Source: an archaeon
GTDB taxonomy: Archaea; Nanobdellota; Nanobdellia; Pacearchaeales; GW2011-AR1
NCBI GenBank assembly: GCA_043810775.1
Contig: JBDRNU010000015.1
Coordinates: 96,889-160,888 of the forward strand
DNA length: 64,000 nt
Direction of reading: 5' to 3'
This document shows, piece by piece, positions 39,240 through 48,451 of the stretch (positions are counted from its first letter, which is position 1; each line of letters starts with the position of its first letter). The notes under the pieces are model-generated. The model was not told the origin of the DNA, ran no database searches, and saw only the letters and a program-made list of their open reading frames with translations. A program made the position numbers and the translations under genes.

Positions 39240-39383
39240 TTATTTCAGGCAGGCAGGCAAGTCCTTGCATTTTTTATGATAAGCTATGCATTCACAGCAT
39301 ACACCATGCCTTTCACAATCTAACTCATCACACGGGCAGTCTTGCTCATTCTCATACTTGTTGACGCAATCTCTTCTTGCCAT
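39240..39383 (-). CDS. Small Cys-rich protein (DUF6485-like), 47 aa
   Basis: Manual translation MARRDCVNKYENEQDCPCDELDCERHGVCCECIAYHKKCKDLPACLK. Confidence 0.8.
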   Translation of the reverse strand: MARRDCVNKYENEQDCPCDELDCERHGVCCECIAYHKKCKDLPACLK

Positions 39384-39463
39384 GATAATATTATTTTATC
39401 TAGGTTTTTAAATCTAGCCATTAATTCCATAATGTTTATAAATACTTTTTCACTCTTGTAAAT

Positions 39464-40930
39464 ATGAGTGATGATAAAAGTAATGTTTTCTTTAGAATAA
39501 TAGCTGTTATAGGAGCAGTTTTAATTTTTGTAGGTATAGCCTGGCTAATTGCCTGGAACTGGCAAAAGATTCCTGATTTCTTGAAAGTTTTAATTCTAGT
39601 TTTCGCAACTCTAGTTTCATTTTCTACAGGAGTTCTAGCCAGAATAAAAGAGTATGAAGGAACAGGCAGAGCACTACTAGTTTTAGGTGCAGGTTTGTAT
39701 ATGTTAAGTTTATTTTTAATATCTCAAATTTACCATTTAGCGACTACCATGCAGCATTATACTTGGCTTTTATTTTTAGGGTGGACTGTTATTTACATTT
39801 CTTCTTATCTTCTAAAGTCATATGAAAATATCTTAGTATCCTTGCTTATTTTCTTTCCATGGATAATTCTTCAATATATTTCTTCTATTACTCAGACTTC
39901 TGGAATAGGGGAAGGGTATATTTTAGGACTAATTTTAATATTCTTGAGTGTAGGAGTTCTTTTATATAGCTTGTCAATTTTCCACAATTCAATAAAACAT
40001 ATTTTTACAAATGTTTATAGATTTTGGACAGTATTTTATTTTCTACTAGTTTTTTATGTCTTAAGCTTTCAGACTTTTTTACCAATTATTGGAAATTTTG
40101 CTTTTGAATCAGGAGCTTTTACTATTTTCTTAATGTTAATAATTATGACTTCAGTTCTAGTTTTTATTTTAAGTATCTTGTTCGCAGCCAGTAAACAATC
40201 AATTGAAATCAAGGAAATTCTTATTTTTTTAGGAGTAATAATTATATTATGTGTATTAGTTATGGCAACAAAACCAATTTCAGGTATTTTAGGAACTTGC
40301 TATCCAAAAAGTTGTTATGATTTCAATACAGAATCAAGCTGTAATTCTGCGCCGTCCATTTTAAACTGTCAGTGGTATGGTTCTAGCGAAAATATAGTTA
40401 GGGATAGTTCTCCTCAACTAACTGAAGGTTATTGTAGGGAGTTTAACTGTTATGATTTTAGAAATGAGTCTTCATGTAACTCTGAGTCTAGATGTAACTG
40501 GGAAAATAATTATTGCGTTCTTTCAAATCTAGAATCTATAAATTCAAAGTATAGTTTTTGTAATAAATATGATAATAAAGGCAGTCAATGTCAAGATCAA
40601 GAAGAGTGCAAATGGAACCCTTCTTTTATAAGTAGTAGGGGAGCTGAACTTCCATTTTTCTTATGGTTTGTATGGGTGATTTCCAATATATTTTTTATAG
40701 GATTTATAATACTTATTCTAGGATATGGCCAATTAGTAGGTTCAACTAAGATAATCAACTTAGGATTGCTAGCTTTTGTAATAGAAATAATTTCAAGATA
40801 TATTGGATTTTGGATGCAGCTTCAAGGTTATTTCTGGTTCAGTATACTGGCTATTCTTGGAGGAATAATACTAATTCTTGGCTCATGGCTAATTCCAAAA
40901 TGGAGGAAAAGTCTAATTCAATCTAGTTAA
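39464..40930 (+). CDS. DUF2157 membrane protein with Cys-rich insertion
   Basis: GAVLIFVGI..IAWNWQ, LISQIYH; paired with the GDYXXLXY gene. Confidence 0.8.
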   Translation: MSDDKSNVFFRIIAVIGAVLIFVGIAWLIAWNWQKIPDFLKVLILVFATLVSFSTGVLARIKEYEGTGRALLVLGAGLYMLSLFLISQIYHLATTMQHYTWLLFLGWTVIYISSYLLKSYENILVSLLIFFPWIILQYISSITQTSGIGEGYILGLILIFLSVGVLLYSLSIFHNSIKHIFTNVYRFWTVFYFLLVFYVLSFQTFLPIIGNFAFESGAFTIFLMLIIMTSVLVFILSILFAASKQSIEIKEILIFLGVIIILCVLVMATKPISGILGTCYPKSCYDFNTESSCNSAPSILNCQWYGSSENIVRDSSPQLTEGYCREFNCYDFRNESSCNSESRCNWENNYCVLSNLESINSKYSFCNKYDNKGSQCQDQEECKWNPSFISSRGAELPFFLWFVWVISNIFFIGFIILILGYGQLVGSTKIINLGLLAFVIEIISRYIGFWMQLQGYFWFSILAILGGIILILGSWLIPKWRKSLIQSS

Positions 40931-40934
40931 GAAA

Positions 40935-41465
40935 ATGGATAAATCTGTAAAAAATCAAATTATAGGATTATTAGTAATTCTTCTAATTATTTTATTAGTA
41001 GTAATTTCTTTTATTACTTATAATCACTGGCCATTGCTAACTGGCCAGAAAATAGTTCTTTCCACTATGCCAGTAGATCCTTTTGACCCATTTATGGGGC
41101 AGTATATGAGGATAAATTATGAAATTTCAAGTATTTCTTCAATTGAAGGAGTAGAAAAAGGAGATAAAGTATTTGTATCTTTAAAAGAAGATGATTTAGG
41201 AATTTGGAGATATCAAGATTCTTCAATGCTTAAACCAACTAAAGGTGATTTTATTAAAGGTAAGGTTGAATCTACTTATGGAAGTACTATGAGAGTTTCT
41301 TATGGAATTGAGCAGTTCTTTTTTGAAAAAGGAGATTCCTTGCCAACAATGAATATAACCATTGAAGTTAAAGTTGCAAGTTCTGGTAGAGCAGGATTAG
41401 TGAAATTATTATATAATGGCGAGCCAATAGAAATTGAGCAAAAAGAAATTAAAATTACTTCTTAA
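40935..41465 (+). CDS. GDYXXLXY domain protein
   Basis: PVDPFDPFMGQYMRINYEI, YGIEQFF. Confidence 0.85.
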   Translation: MDKSVKNQIIGLLVILLIILLVVISFITYNHWPLLTGQKIVLSTMPVDPFDPFMGQYMRINYEISSISSIEGVEKGDKVFVSLKEDDLGIWRYQDSSMLKPTKGDFIKGKVESTYGSTMRVSYGIEQFFFEKGDSLPTMNITIEVKVASSGRAGLVKLLYNGEPIEIEQKEIKITS

Positions 41466-41865
41466 TCTTGCTTTTTTCACTAATAACATAAAAAATTACT
41501 ACAAGTAATATTGCTGCTAAAAATAAAAACAAAGTAAGTTCAAATACAGAATTATACTTACTTAATTCTTCAGTTCTCACACTTTGAGATAGCAATCTTG
41601 AAGCCATCCCATCTAAAATAGTTCCAAACCCAAAGCCAGATAAAGCTATAGAATATTTTTCAACCTTTAGAAAAATCATAATTAATACAGCAATTAATAA
41701 TATTATTATCCCGTAATGATAATGATGTATATTCAGCCCGGTAGTATCTCTCAAAAAACTTACATCACCATCCATATAAAAAAAATATACATTTAATCTC
41801 CAGAAAAATAATGCCAAAACTAAAAATCCTACAAATATAAGTAATTTTTTAAGATTTTTATCCAT
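41455..41865 (-). CDS. Membrane protein with HHYHYG motif
   Basis: 4 hydrophobic segments; IHHYHYG, GFGTILD. Confidence 0.65.
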   Translation of the reverse strand: MDKNLKKLLIFVGFLVLALFFWRLNVYFFYMDGDVSFLRDTTGLNIHHYHYGIIILLIAVLIMIFLKVEKYSIALSGFGFGTILDGMASRLLSQSVRTEELSKYNSVFELTLFLFLAAILLVVIFYVISEKSKIKK

Positions 41866-41874
41866 TTCACTTAG

Positions 41875-43218
41875 TTAAATTTTCTTAATTCTAGTTCCTT
41901 GTTCTGTATCATCAATCTGATATCCTAATTTGCTAATTTTTCCCCTTAAGTCATCAGCTTTTTCCCAGTCTTTAGCTTTTCTTGCTTTTTCCCTTTCTTC
42001 TGCTAATTTTTCAACTTTCTCAGGAATATCGAATTTATCTTCTTTAAGTAAATCTAAACCAAAAACTTCATCCATCTTTTTAATAGTTTTGATTTTACCT
42101 TCTGCTTTTTTATCCCTCAATAATTTCCATAAGACTTGTAATGCTTTTGGCATATCTAAATCATTATTCATGGCTTTTTCAAATTCTTCTAAGTACTTTT
42201 TATTTTCCTTTCCATCATCTTTTATTTCAGATAGGATATTTCTTGCTCTTTGTAGTGCATTCTTGGAGCTTTCAAGATTTTTCCAGGTAAAATTAAGTTG
42301 AGTTTTATAATGTCCAGTAAGATAAAAATACCTCATATCTAACGGAGAATAATCTTTTTCTTTAATATCTTTTAAAGTATAAAAATTTCCTAAACTTTTA
42401 CTCATTTTTTTACCATCTACTAATATCCATTCATTATGCACCCAGTATTTTACAAACTGCTTTCCTGTAGCTCCTTCTGATTGAGCAATTTCATTTTCAT
42501 GATGGGGGAAAACTAAATCAATTCCTCCACTATGTATATCAAAATTCTCTCCAAGATATTTCATAGACATTGCACTACACTCAATATGCCATCCTGGCCT
42601 TCCTTTTCCAATTTCAGTATCCCAACAAACCTCTCCATCTTCTTTATCATAGAATTTCCACAATACAAAATCTTGAGCATTTTCTTTATCATATTCATCT
42701 TTTTTAATCCTCTTACTCCCTCCTTCTTTTAATTCAACTAGCTTTAGCCTAGCTAATTTACCATAATTTTTAAATTTTTTAATATTAAAATAGATTCCAT
42801 CTTCTGCTTTATATGCGAGACCTTTTTTTAATAGCTTTTTTATAATATCCACCATTTCTTTAATATGTTCTGTAGCTTTAGGATACTTAAATGAATCTTC
42901 AATATTCAGAGATTTAGAATCTTCAAAATAAGCTTCTTCAAAAGGTTTAGTATGCTCTTTTAAACTCTTTCCCTCTTTTTGACTTCCTTTAATCGTCTTA
43001 TCATCTACATCAGTTATATTTGTGATCTGCTTAACTTTATACCCATTATATTCTAATACCCTTCTCAAAATATCTGCAGAAACAAAAGCTCGATAGTTAC
43101 CTATGTGCCCATAGCCATATACTGTTAAGCCACAGCTGTAAAATCCAACTTCATTTTTTCTAATTGGCTTGAACTCTTCTTTTTTTCTTGTTAATGTATT
43201 ATATAGTTTTACCTTCAT
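41875..43218 (-). CDS. cysS: Cysteinyl-tRNA synthetase
   Basis: YSCG.TVY..HIGN, GRPGWHIECSAM, FPHHENE, KMSKSLGN. Confidence 0.97.
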   Translation of the reverse strand: MKVKLYNTLTRKKEEFKPIRKNEVGFYSCGLTVYGYGHIGNYRAFVSADILRRVLEYNGYKVKQITNITDVDDKTIKGSQKEGKSLKEHTKPFEEAYFEDSKSLNIEDSFKYPKATEHIKEMVDIIKKLLKKGLAYKAEDGIYFNIKKFKNYGKLARLKLVELKEGGSKRIKKDEYDKENAQDFVLWKFYDKEDGEVCWDTEIGKGRPGWHIECSAMSMKYLGENFDIHSGGIDLVFPHHENEIAQSEGATGKQFVKYWVHNEWILVDGKKMSKSLGNFYTLKDIKEKDYSPLDMRYFYLTGHYKTQLNFTWKNLESSKNALQRARNILSEIKDDGKENKKYLEEFEKAMNNDLDMPKALQVLWKLLRDKKAEGKIKTIKKMDEVFGLDLLKEDKFDIPEKVEKLAEEREKARKAKDWEKADDLRGKISKLGYQIDDTEQGTRIKKI

Positions 43219-43248
43219 TTTGTATATAATAATTCTTAATTTATAAAT

Positions 43249-44436
43249 TTAGTTACTTTTTAAAATATAAATGTAGACTAACATGACAATACATGATAAA
43301 ATAGCCTTAAAGTAAAAAGGGGCTAATATTCCAAGTTGAAAAACTAAATACCCTCCTGCTAATGGTCCCACTGACTTAACAATGCTATTCCATCCATGCA
43401 AGTAACCTGCTACTTTTTCTCTTGAGTTTTTATTAGTAAGTTGCCAATAAATTGCGCCTTTTGATGGTACCCAAATTCCTGCACCAACCCCTTCTAAAAT
43501 AAATCCAATAAGTACCATATAAATGTTACTCACCATGATTGCTATAATCACTAAAACAGCACTTATAAACAAGATAAGCATCCCAAATATAGAAGTTTTA
43601 ACTAAATCTAATCTGCCTAAAAATTTATTTGCAACTAATGTAGTAATTATTATGGAACCATATAATCCTATGAATAAATAACCAATCCAGAACATAGACT
43701 CAAAAAATAAATCTTCCACTAAGAAAGTAATTACAAGAGCAAAACTTGACGCAAGAGCCAACCAATAAACCACTTCAGAAAGCATTAATAATTTTAATTT
43801 CCCACTTGTTTTAGGAAGTTTAACTTTATCTTTTAATTTAAATCTAGTATTATCACTTACCTTATTATAAAATAAAAATGCTGGTAAGGCCAAAATTGCG
43901 AAAATCAAGAAAGATATTCTAAAACCAATCCAAGTAATCAACAATAATGATAAAATAATCCCAATTACTAATCCTAATGAATCTGATATTAAATAATGAG
44001 AAAACACTTTCCTGTGTTCTTTTTTAGGAACATTATGTTGTAATGCAACATCTGAGGAGACCTTTGAAGTTGATTTTTTAACATGATTTGTCATTTGTGA
44101 CAAGAAGACCCCTATTGCATTGGGGAATATAAAAAAGAAAAAAGACTGAAAAAAACCAAATAATACTGTAATATTCAAGCCTGTTTTAAGTTTAATCTTT
44201 CTTAAAAATTTTGAGAAAAAAACACTTACTATGAAATTTCCTACCCCCAATCCAACTGTAAAAAGAGCCCCAATTTCTAATATACTTAATCCTTCTTGTT
44301 TAAGATAAAAAGGAAGGAAAAAACTTAAAAGTACACCAGTTAGAGCTATAAAAAAATATCCAACTAAGACCAATTTTATATTATTTTTTTTATTTTCTTC
44401 TTCACTTATTTTATTTAATTTTTTCTGCATCTTCAT
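43249..44436 (-). CDS. MFS transporter
   Basis: About 12 hydrophobic segments; FLPFYL, GPLAGG. Confidence 0.8.
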   Translation of the reverse strand: MKMQKKLNKISEEENKKNNIKLVLVGYFFIALTGVLLSFFLPFYLKQEGLSILEIGALFTVGLGVGNFIVSVFFSKFLRKIKLKTGLNITVLFGFFQSFFFFIFPNAIGVFLSQMTNHVKKSTSKVSSDVALQHNVPKKEHRKVFSHYLISDSLGLVIGIILSLLLITWIGFRISFLIFAILALPAFLFYNKVSDNTRFKLKDKVKLPKTSGKLKLLMLSEVVYWLALASSFALVITFLVEDLFFESMFWIGYLFIGLYGSIIITTLVANKFLGRLDLVKTSIFGMLILFISAVLVIIAIMVSNIYMVLIGFILEGVGAGIWVPSKGAIYWQLTNKNSREKVAGYLHGWNSIVKSVGPLAGGYLVFQLGILAPFYFKAILSCIVMLVYIYILKSN

Positions 44437-45127
44437 AATAAGCTAAAAATAGCTTTTTCATTATTTTGGCAAATGCCTTATCTCTAATTAATAGAGTCAC
44501 ATTATTATTTATTAAAGATATCATAACTTCTTTATCATCAGAAATTGACATAGCAATTCCTTCATTATCTATTTTTCTGATGCTTTTATACACTTTTAGC
44601 CAGCTTTTCACGTCTTTTTCAGTTTCTTTATCATATCTTGTAAGAACCTTAATTTCTTTTTCTTGCCTGATATATTTTTTTGCTTTTTTCAGCCAATCTG
44701 GTCTATATTCAGAAGTCCATTTTATAGCATAGTCATATTTTTGAGATTCTTTCATCTCATCAACTATTTTGTAAAAGGCTTTTCTTCCTTCAACCATTAC
44801 AACAGGATTCTTTTCTTTAACTTCATATAATTGCTTCATCGTTCTAGCTTTTATCTTGGCATTTTCCAGTACTTTTTGTTTTTTTTCAATTAATTCAATG
44901 AAATTTTCAGGGCTTGCAGGCACAAATTTCTTAGTTTTTTCAGGAACTGAATTAATAAGACCTTTATGAATTAAAGAATCAAGAATATTATATATTCTCC
45001 CATAGGGCACTCCACTTTTATTACTAATCTCTCCAGCTCCAAGCTTACCAAACCTGACTAAAGTTTCATAGCATTTCCCTTCATTTTTATTAAGTCCCAA
45101 CTCTTCATATAACTCTGAATCTTTCAT
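44411..45127 (-). CDS. TrmB-family transcription regulator
   Basis: LGLNKNEGKCYETL..EISNKSGVPYGRIYNILDSLIHKGL. Confidence 0.88.
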   Translation of the reverse strand: MKDSELYEELGLNKNEGKCYETLVRFGKLGAGEISNKSGVPYGRIYNILDSLIHKGLINSVPEKTKKFVPASPENFIELIEKKQKVLENAKIKARTMKQLYEVKEKNPVVMVEGRKAFYKIVDEMKESQKYDYAIKWTSEYRPDWLKKAKKYIRQEKEIKVLTRYDKETEKDVKSWLKVYKSIRKIDNEGIAMSISDDKEVMISLINNNVTLLIRDKAFAKIMKKLFLAYYEDAEKIK

Positions 45128-45165
45128 ATATTAAATAATTGAGGCATATTTAAAAATTTAACTAT

Positions 45166-45187
45166 TGCAACCACCTATAAGGTTGCA
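45166..45187. promoter_or_regulatory. Inverted repeat TGCAACC-N8-GGTTGCA, candidate operator
   Basis: Perfect 7-bp arms between two divergent TATA-like elements upstream of the TrmB gene and 45249. Confidence 0.55.
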
Positions 45188-45248
45188 TAAATTTAAATAT
45201 CATTTATTTATGTTACTATTATGGAGTAAATAAAAATGAAAAAACAAA

Positions 45249-45794
45249 ATGAAACACAAAACAGACAAACTATATGGAAAAAACGAAGCTGAAGAAAAAG
45301 AATTAGCTAGAAAAGCTTCAACCACATATGAATATATTGGAAAGGTTCTAGAAAGCAAAGGTCATGATGTAAGAGAGATTTCTCAAATTAGAATTTTTGA
45401 TGGATGGCCATCTTCTGGATTTGCTGGTCCTTCAGGACATATAGCAGTAAAAACAGATGATTTACACAGTGCAGTAAGAATTCGGGATTTAGAAGAACTT
45501 TCTTCTTTTAACTTAGAACTAAGAGGAGGATATGAAAATGATAGAGGCAAAGGCGAATTTGCAAAAAGAGGCATGCACGGATTTGTTTGGGGGAATATGG
45601 ATGGCTTTATGAGAGATTATGGAGAAAAATTCCAATATAGTGGAGAATGGGAAGAAGGAGATGCTCCAGATTATGTCGTATTAAAGGGAAAAGACTCTGT
45701 TTCAGGAGGACTAATATCAATATCAATAGGAGAAGTACCTGACAAAGAAAAATATGGTTCTAAAAAAGTTATTCTAAGAAATAAGATAAAATAG
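45249..45794 (+). CDS. Hypothetical protein
   Basis: 181 aa ORF, purine-rich coding bias, no recognisable motif. Confidence 0.65.
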   Translation: MKHKTDKLYGKNEAEEKELARKASTTYEYIGKVLESKGHDVREISQIRIFDGWPSSGFAGPSGHIAVKTDDLHSAVRIRDLEELSSFNLELRGGYENDRGKGEFAKRGMHGFVWGNMDGFMRDYGEKFQYSGEWEEGDAPDYVVLKGKDSVSGGLISISIGEVPDKEKYGSKKVILRNKIK

Positions 45795-45839
45795 GAGACT
45801 TAAAATATGCTAATAAAATTCTAAGTAATATAGAAAAAA

Positions 45840-46778
45840 CTATTTATGCCTAAATTTTTTGTATCTCCTATAAAACTGAATCTTATTAATCTTTCCCTTT
45901 TTTATATCAATAAAAATATTAGAATCACTACCAAAACCAGCATTAATTACAGTAGTTCTTCTAATTTTAGTTTTTCTAAAGTACTCATGAATATGTCCTC
46001 CAGCACATAATAATGGCTGATGTTTACTTACAAATTGTCTTGCAACTGTACTTCCAAGATGCTTCTTATAAGCATATGATTTCTTATCTAAACAAATATC
46101 TAAATTAGTTCCATAAGGAACATTATGGGTAATAAAAATGGTGGGAAATTTTTTATCTCTTTTTTTATAAGCTTTATCCAGCTTTTTAATTATATTATTA
46201 TAAGTTTTTCTTAATTTATTGGCTTGAGTTTTAGTAAAATCTCTTTTCTTGCTTTTTCTAAATGGTTCTTCAGCATTACTACTCAAGCCATAACCTATAA
46301 AATTAACACCTTTATATTTATGCAACTTAAACTGGCAGCTTTTCACGTTTTTCAAGCCTTTAGTTAGCTCAGAATTAATCTTTACCCCTAAATAAAAATC
46401 TAAAAAGCTCTTTGTGTATGAGTAAGAATCCTTATCAATATCTTTGATTCTAGTTTTACCATAGCTCTGGTCCCAATTTCCAGGAACTATAAAAACAGGC
46501 TTATTAAATGAGTTTAGAAATTGCAGTATCTTCCTGCCATCTTTCAATGAATCCTTATACAGCTTATCAAATTTTCTCTTTCCAACTAATTTTATAAAAT
46601 AAGTGTCAGAATTAACTGTATTATCAGGATTTTTCTTTAAGTAGCGAAACCACTTCCTATACATAATTCCTAATTTTTTGTCACTTCCAAAATCACCTAC
46701 ACATACAATAGCATCAAAACTATTAAAGTGAATTTTAGGTTTTCTTCCATGCAAGTCGCCAATAATTAATAATTTCAT
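45840..46778 (-). CDS. Calcineurin-like metallophosphoesterase
   Basis: GDLH, VGDF, PGNWD, THNVP, GHIHE. Confidence 0.88.
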   Translation of the reverse strand: MKLLIIGDLHGRKPKIHFNSFDAIVCVGDFGSDKKLGIMYRKWFRYLKKNPDNTVNSDTYFIKLVGKRKFDKLYKDSLKDGRKILQFLNSFNKPVFIVPGNWDQSYGKTRIKDIDKDSYSYTKSFLDFYLGVKINSELTKGLKNVKSCQFKLHKYKGVNFIGYGLSSNAEEPFRKSKKRDFTKTQANKLRKTYNNIIKKLDKAYKKRDKKFPTIFITHNVPYGTNLDICLDKKSYAYKKHLGSTVARQFVSKHQPLLCAGGHIHEYFRKTKIRRTTVINAGFGSDSNIFIDIKKGKINKIQFYRRYKKFRHK

Positions 46779-46811
46779 ACTAATTTTAAGAAAAAAAGCT
46801 ATTTAAAACCT

Positions 46812-47372
46812 TTACTTAGGCTGGATATCAATATCAAAATATTCAGATGCATAAGCCTGTCCATCAAGCTTTGTATCAATTCTATACCTTGTTAAGCATA
46901 ATGGGGCATTTTCTGGAAGAGATATTCGAACTATCCTATATGTGCTATCTCCAGGATTTACAGGAATATTACTCTCACTAGCTCCAAGTTTAATCCAGTC
47001 CTGAGCCTCGCTTTCAGATACGCCACAATTCTTTCTTATATTATCATCAGAGATTTCAATATCATAACTTAGCTTAGCTGCTTCAGTAGTTCCAGTTTGC
47101 AAGTTTTTAACCGCCCAAGCCACCCCCCATTCATCACCTTGTTTAATCTCTGCCTTTTGATTAGATAAGTAAACTACAATTTTCCTGTCTTCTACAAATA
47201 ATTTAGAAATCTCATCTTTTACTTTATCATTCATTGTAGCAACATTATATTTAGCTCCTTGAAAAATTGTTCTCACTAAAACTAAACCTAAAATTAACAT
47301 AGTCATAGCCAACACTATAACAACTATAGTGCCAATACTCATTTCTAGAGCTCCTTTTTTACCTCTTTTCAT
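46812..47372 (-). CDS. Class III signal peptide (pilin-like) protein
   Basis: KKG|ALEMSIGTIVVIVLAMTMLILGL. Confidence 0.7.
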   Translation of the reverse strand: MKRGKKGALEMSIGTIVVIVLAMTMLILGLVLVRTIFQGAKYNVATMNDKVKDEISKLFVEDRKIVVYLSNQKAEIKQGDEWGVAWAVKNLQTGTTEAAKLSYDIEISDDNIRKNCGVSESEAQDWIKLGASESNIPVNPGDSTYRIVRISLPENAPLCLTRYRIDTKLDGQAYASEYFDIDIQPK

Positions 47373-47406
47373 GTTCTTTCTTAGCTTATATCTTTTATAA
47401 ACTTTA

Positions 47407-47546
47407 TGGGACGGCCGGGAATCGAACCCGGGACTCCATGGTTTCTGTTTTCAAAGGCTGTTTTATTTTCTTTGATTCGTAGAACTTTCTTTTCTAAAAA
47501 AAGTTGTACACTTCAGCCATGTGCTCTCCCTCTGAGCTACCATCCC
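47407..47546 (-). tRNA. tRNA-Phe(GAA) with a 68-nt intron at 37/38 (intron 47443..47510)
   Basis: GGGATGG/CCGTCCC acceptor, GCTC/GAGC D-stem, CATGG-CTGAAG|intron|A-CCATG, CCGGG-TTCGATT-CCCGG T-arm; no encoded CCA. Confidence 0.92.
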
Positions 47547-47603
47547 ATATGAACTAGTAATATATCTATTTTTTAAATGTTACTAAAAAAAGTTTAGGGC
47601 ACT

Positions 47604-47652
47604 TCAGAAATCCATGATTTCTGAGAGTGTTCAGAATTCTACTGAATTCTGA
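47604..47652. repeat. Tandem-hairpin element A
   Basis: tcagaaatc-cat-gatttctga and tcagaattc-tact-gaattctga. Confidence 0.7.
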
Positions 47653-47758
47653 CAAGTGGAAATAGGCCACTTTCTGTCTTTCGTCTTCTTTTCAGAAGAA
47701 GCGAAAGTGCTAACATTCGACTTAGCCTCTTATAGAGTTGCACCAGCAAAGACGCCCG

Positions 47759-47818
47759 CCCTGAAAAATCCTCAAAGGATTTTTGGGCCCCAAAATTCCA
47801 TTCAACAGGAATTTTGAC
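47759..47818. repeat. Tandem-hairpin element B
   Basis: aaaaatcc-tcaaa-ggattttt and caaaattcc-attcaaca-ggaattttg. Confidence 0.6.
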
Positions 47819-48125
47819 GTTTCATCATATCTTATCTTTCTTAGCTCCTTGCATAATTCATAGCTCAAGATAAGCTGTGTCGTTTCTGTTGCGGAGCTCT
47901 GCCTCACGACAGTCATCTCACGATGCTTGCTTTAAATTAGGTGTGTGGACCTTCCTGAGAATTCGCTTCCATTCATTAAAAGCCTGCCCTATTATAGGCT
48001 GAATTCCCAAAGTTAGCTATCCAACTTGCCCTAAAATTAACTTATTTTTTTAGTATTTAAACCTTATGATTTTAAATATAAATAAAAAAAAGAAAAAATC
48101 TCTAACTTCTGTTTATTTAACTATC

Positions 48126-48218
48126 TTATTCAAAATCCCCATCATCATCTCCAAAGTCATCTCCCCCATCTATTTCTAGTTCATCACTATCTTCTTCTTC
48201 ATATACCTTTTTTGGCAT
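48126..48218 (-). CDS. 30-aa acidic micropeptide
   Basis: MPKKVYEEEDSDELEIDGGDDFGDDDGDFE; SD GGAGGT 8 nt upstream of the ATG. Confidence 0.6.
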   Translation of the reverse strand: MPKKVYEEEDSDELEIDGGDDFGDDDGDFE

Positions 48219-48244
48219 TAGATATTACCTCCAATTTTGATATG

Positions 48245-48299
48245 TCAGAAATTCTAATTTCTGAGCATTTCAAAAACTCTTAGCATTCAAAGTTTTTGA
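48245..48299. repeat. Tandem-hairpin element C
   Basis: tcagaaatt-ct-aatttctga, gcatt, tcaaaaact-N12-agtttttga. Confidence 0.65.
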
Positions 48300-48451
48300 T
48301 AAAAATATCAGGTTAAGGAGTTTTTAAATATTACTATAGCTAAATTGTAACTTATTAGTTGTTTCAATTATGTGTTTGCTAGACAGAAAACGAATTAGGT
48401 GAATTAAGTGTTTACTGTAAAATTTATTAACTGTATTTTCCTATAATCTTT

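Larger units (their letters stand above)
47593..48035 (-). ncRNA. rnpB: RNase P RNA
   Basis: Conserved regions in order on the minus strand: AGGAAGGTCCAC, GCAACAGAAAC, GATGAAACG, GGTGCAA, AGTCGAATG, ACAGAAAGTGGCCTA; terminal TTTAGGGC/GCCCTAAA pairing. Confidence 0.88.

Noticed and set aside
47604..47652. Repeated TCAGAA palindromes as a mini CRISPR array
   Set aside because: Only two non-identical units separated by 6 nt; no spacers
47722..47916. 64-aa ORF
   Set aside because: Lies within the RNase P RNA
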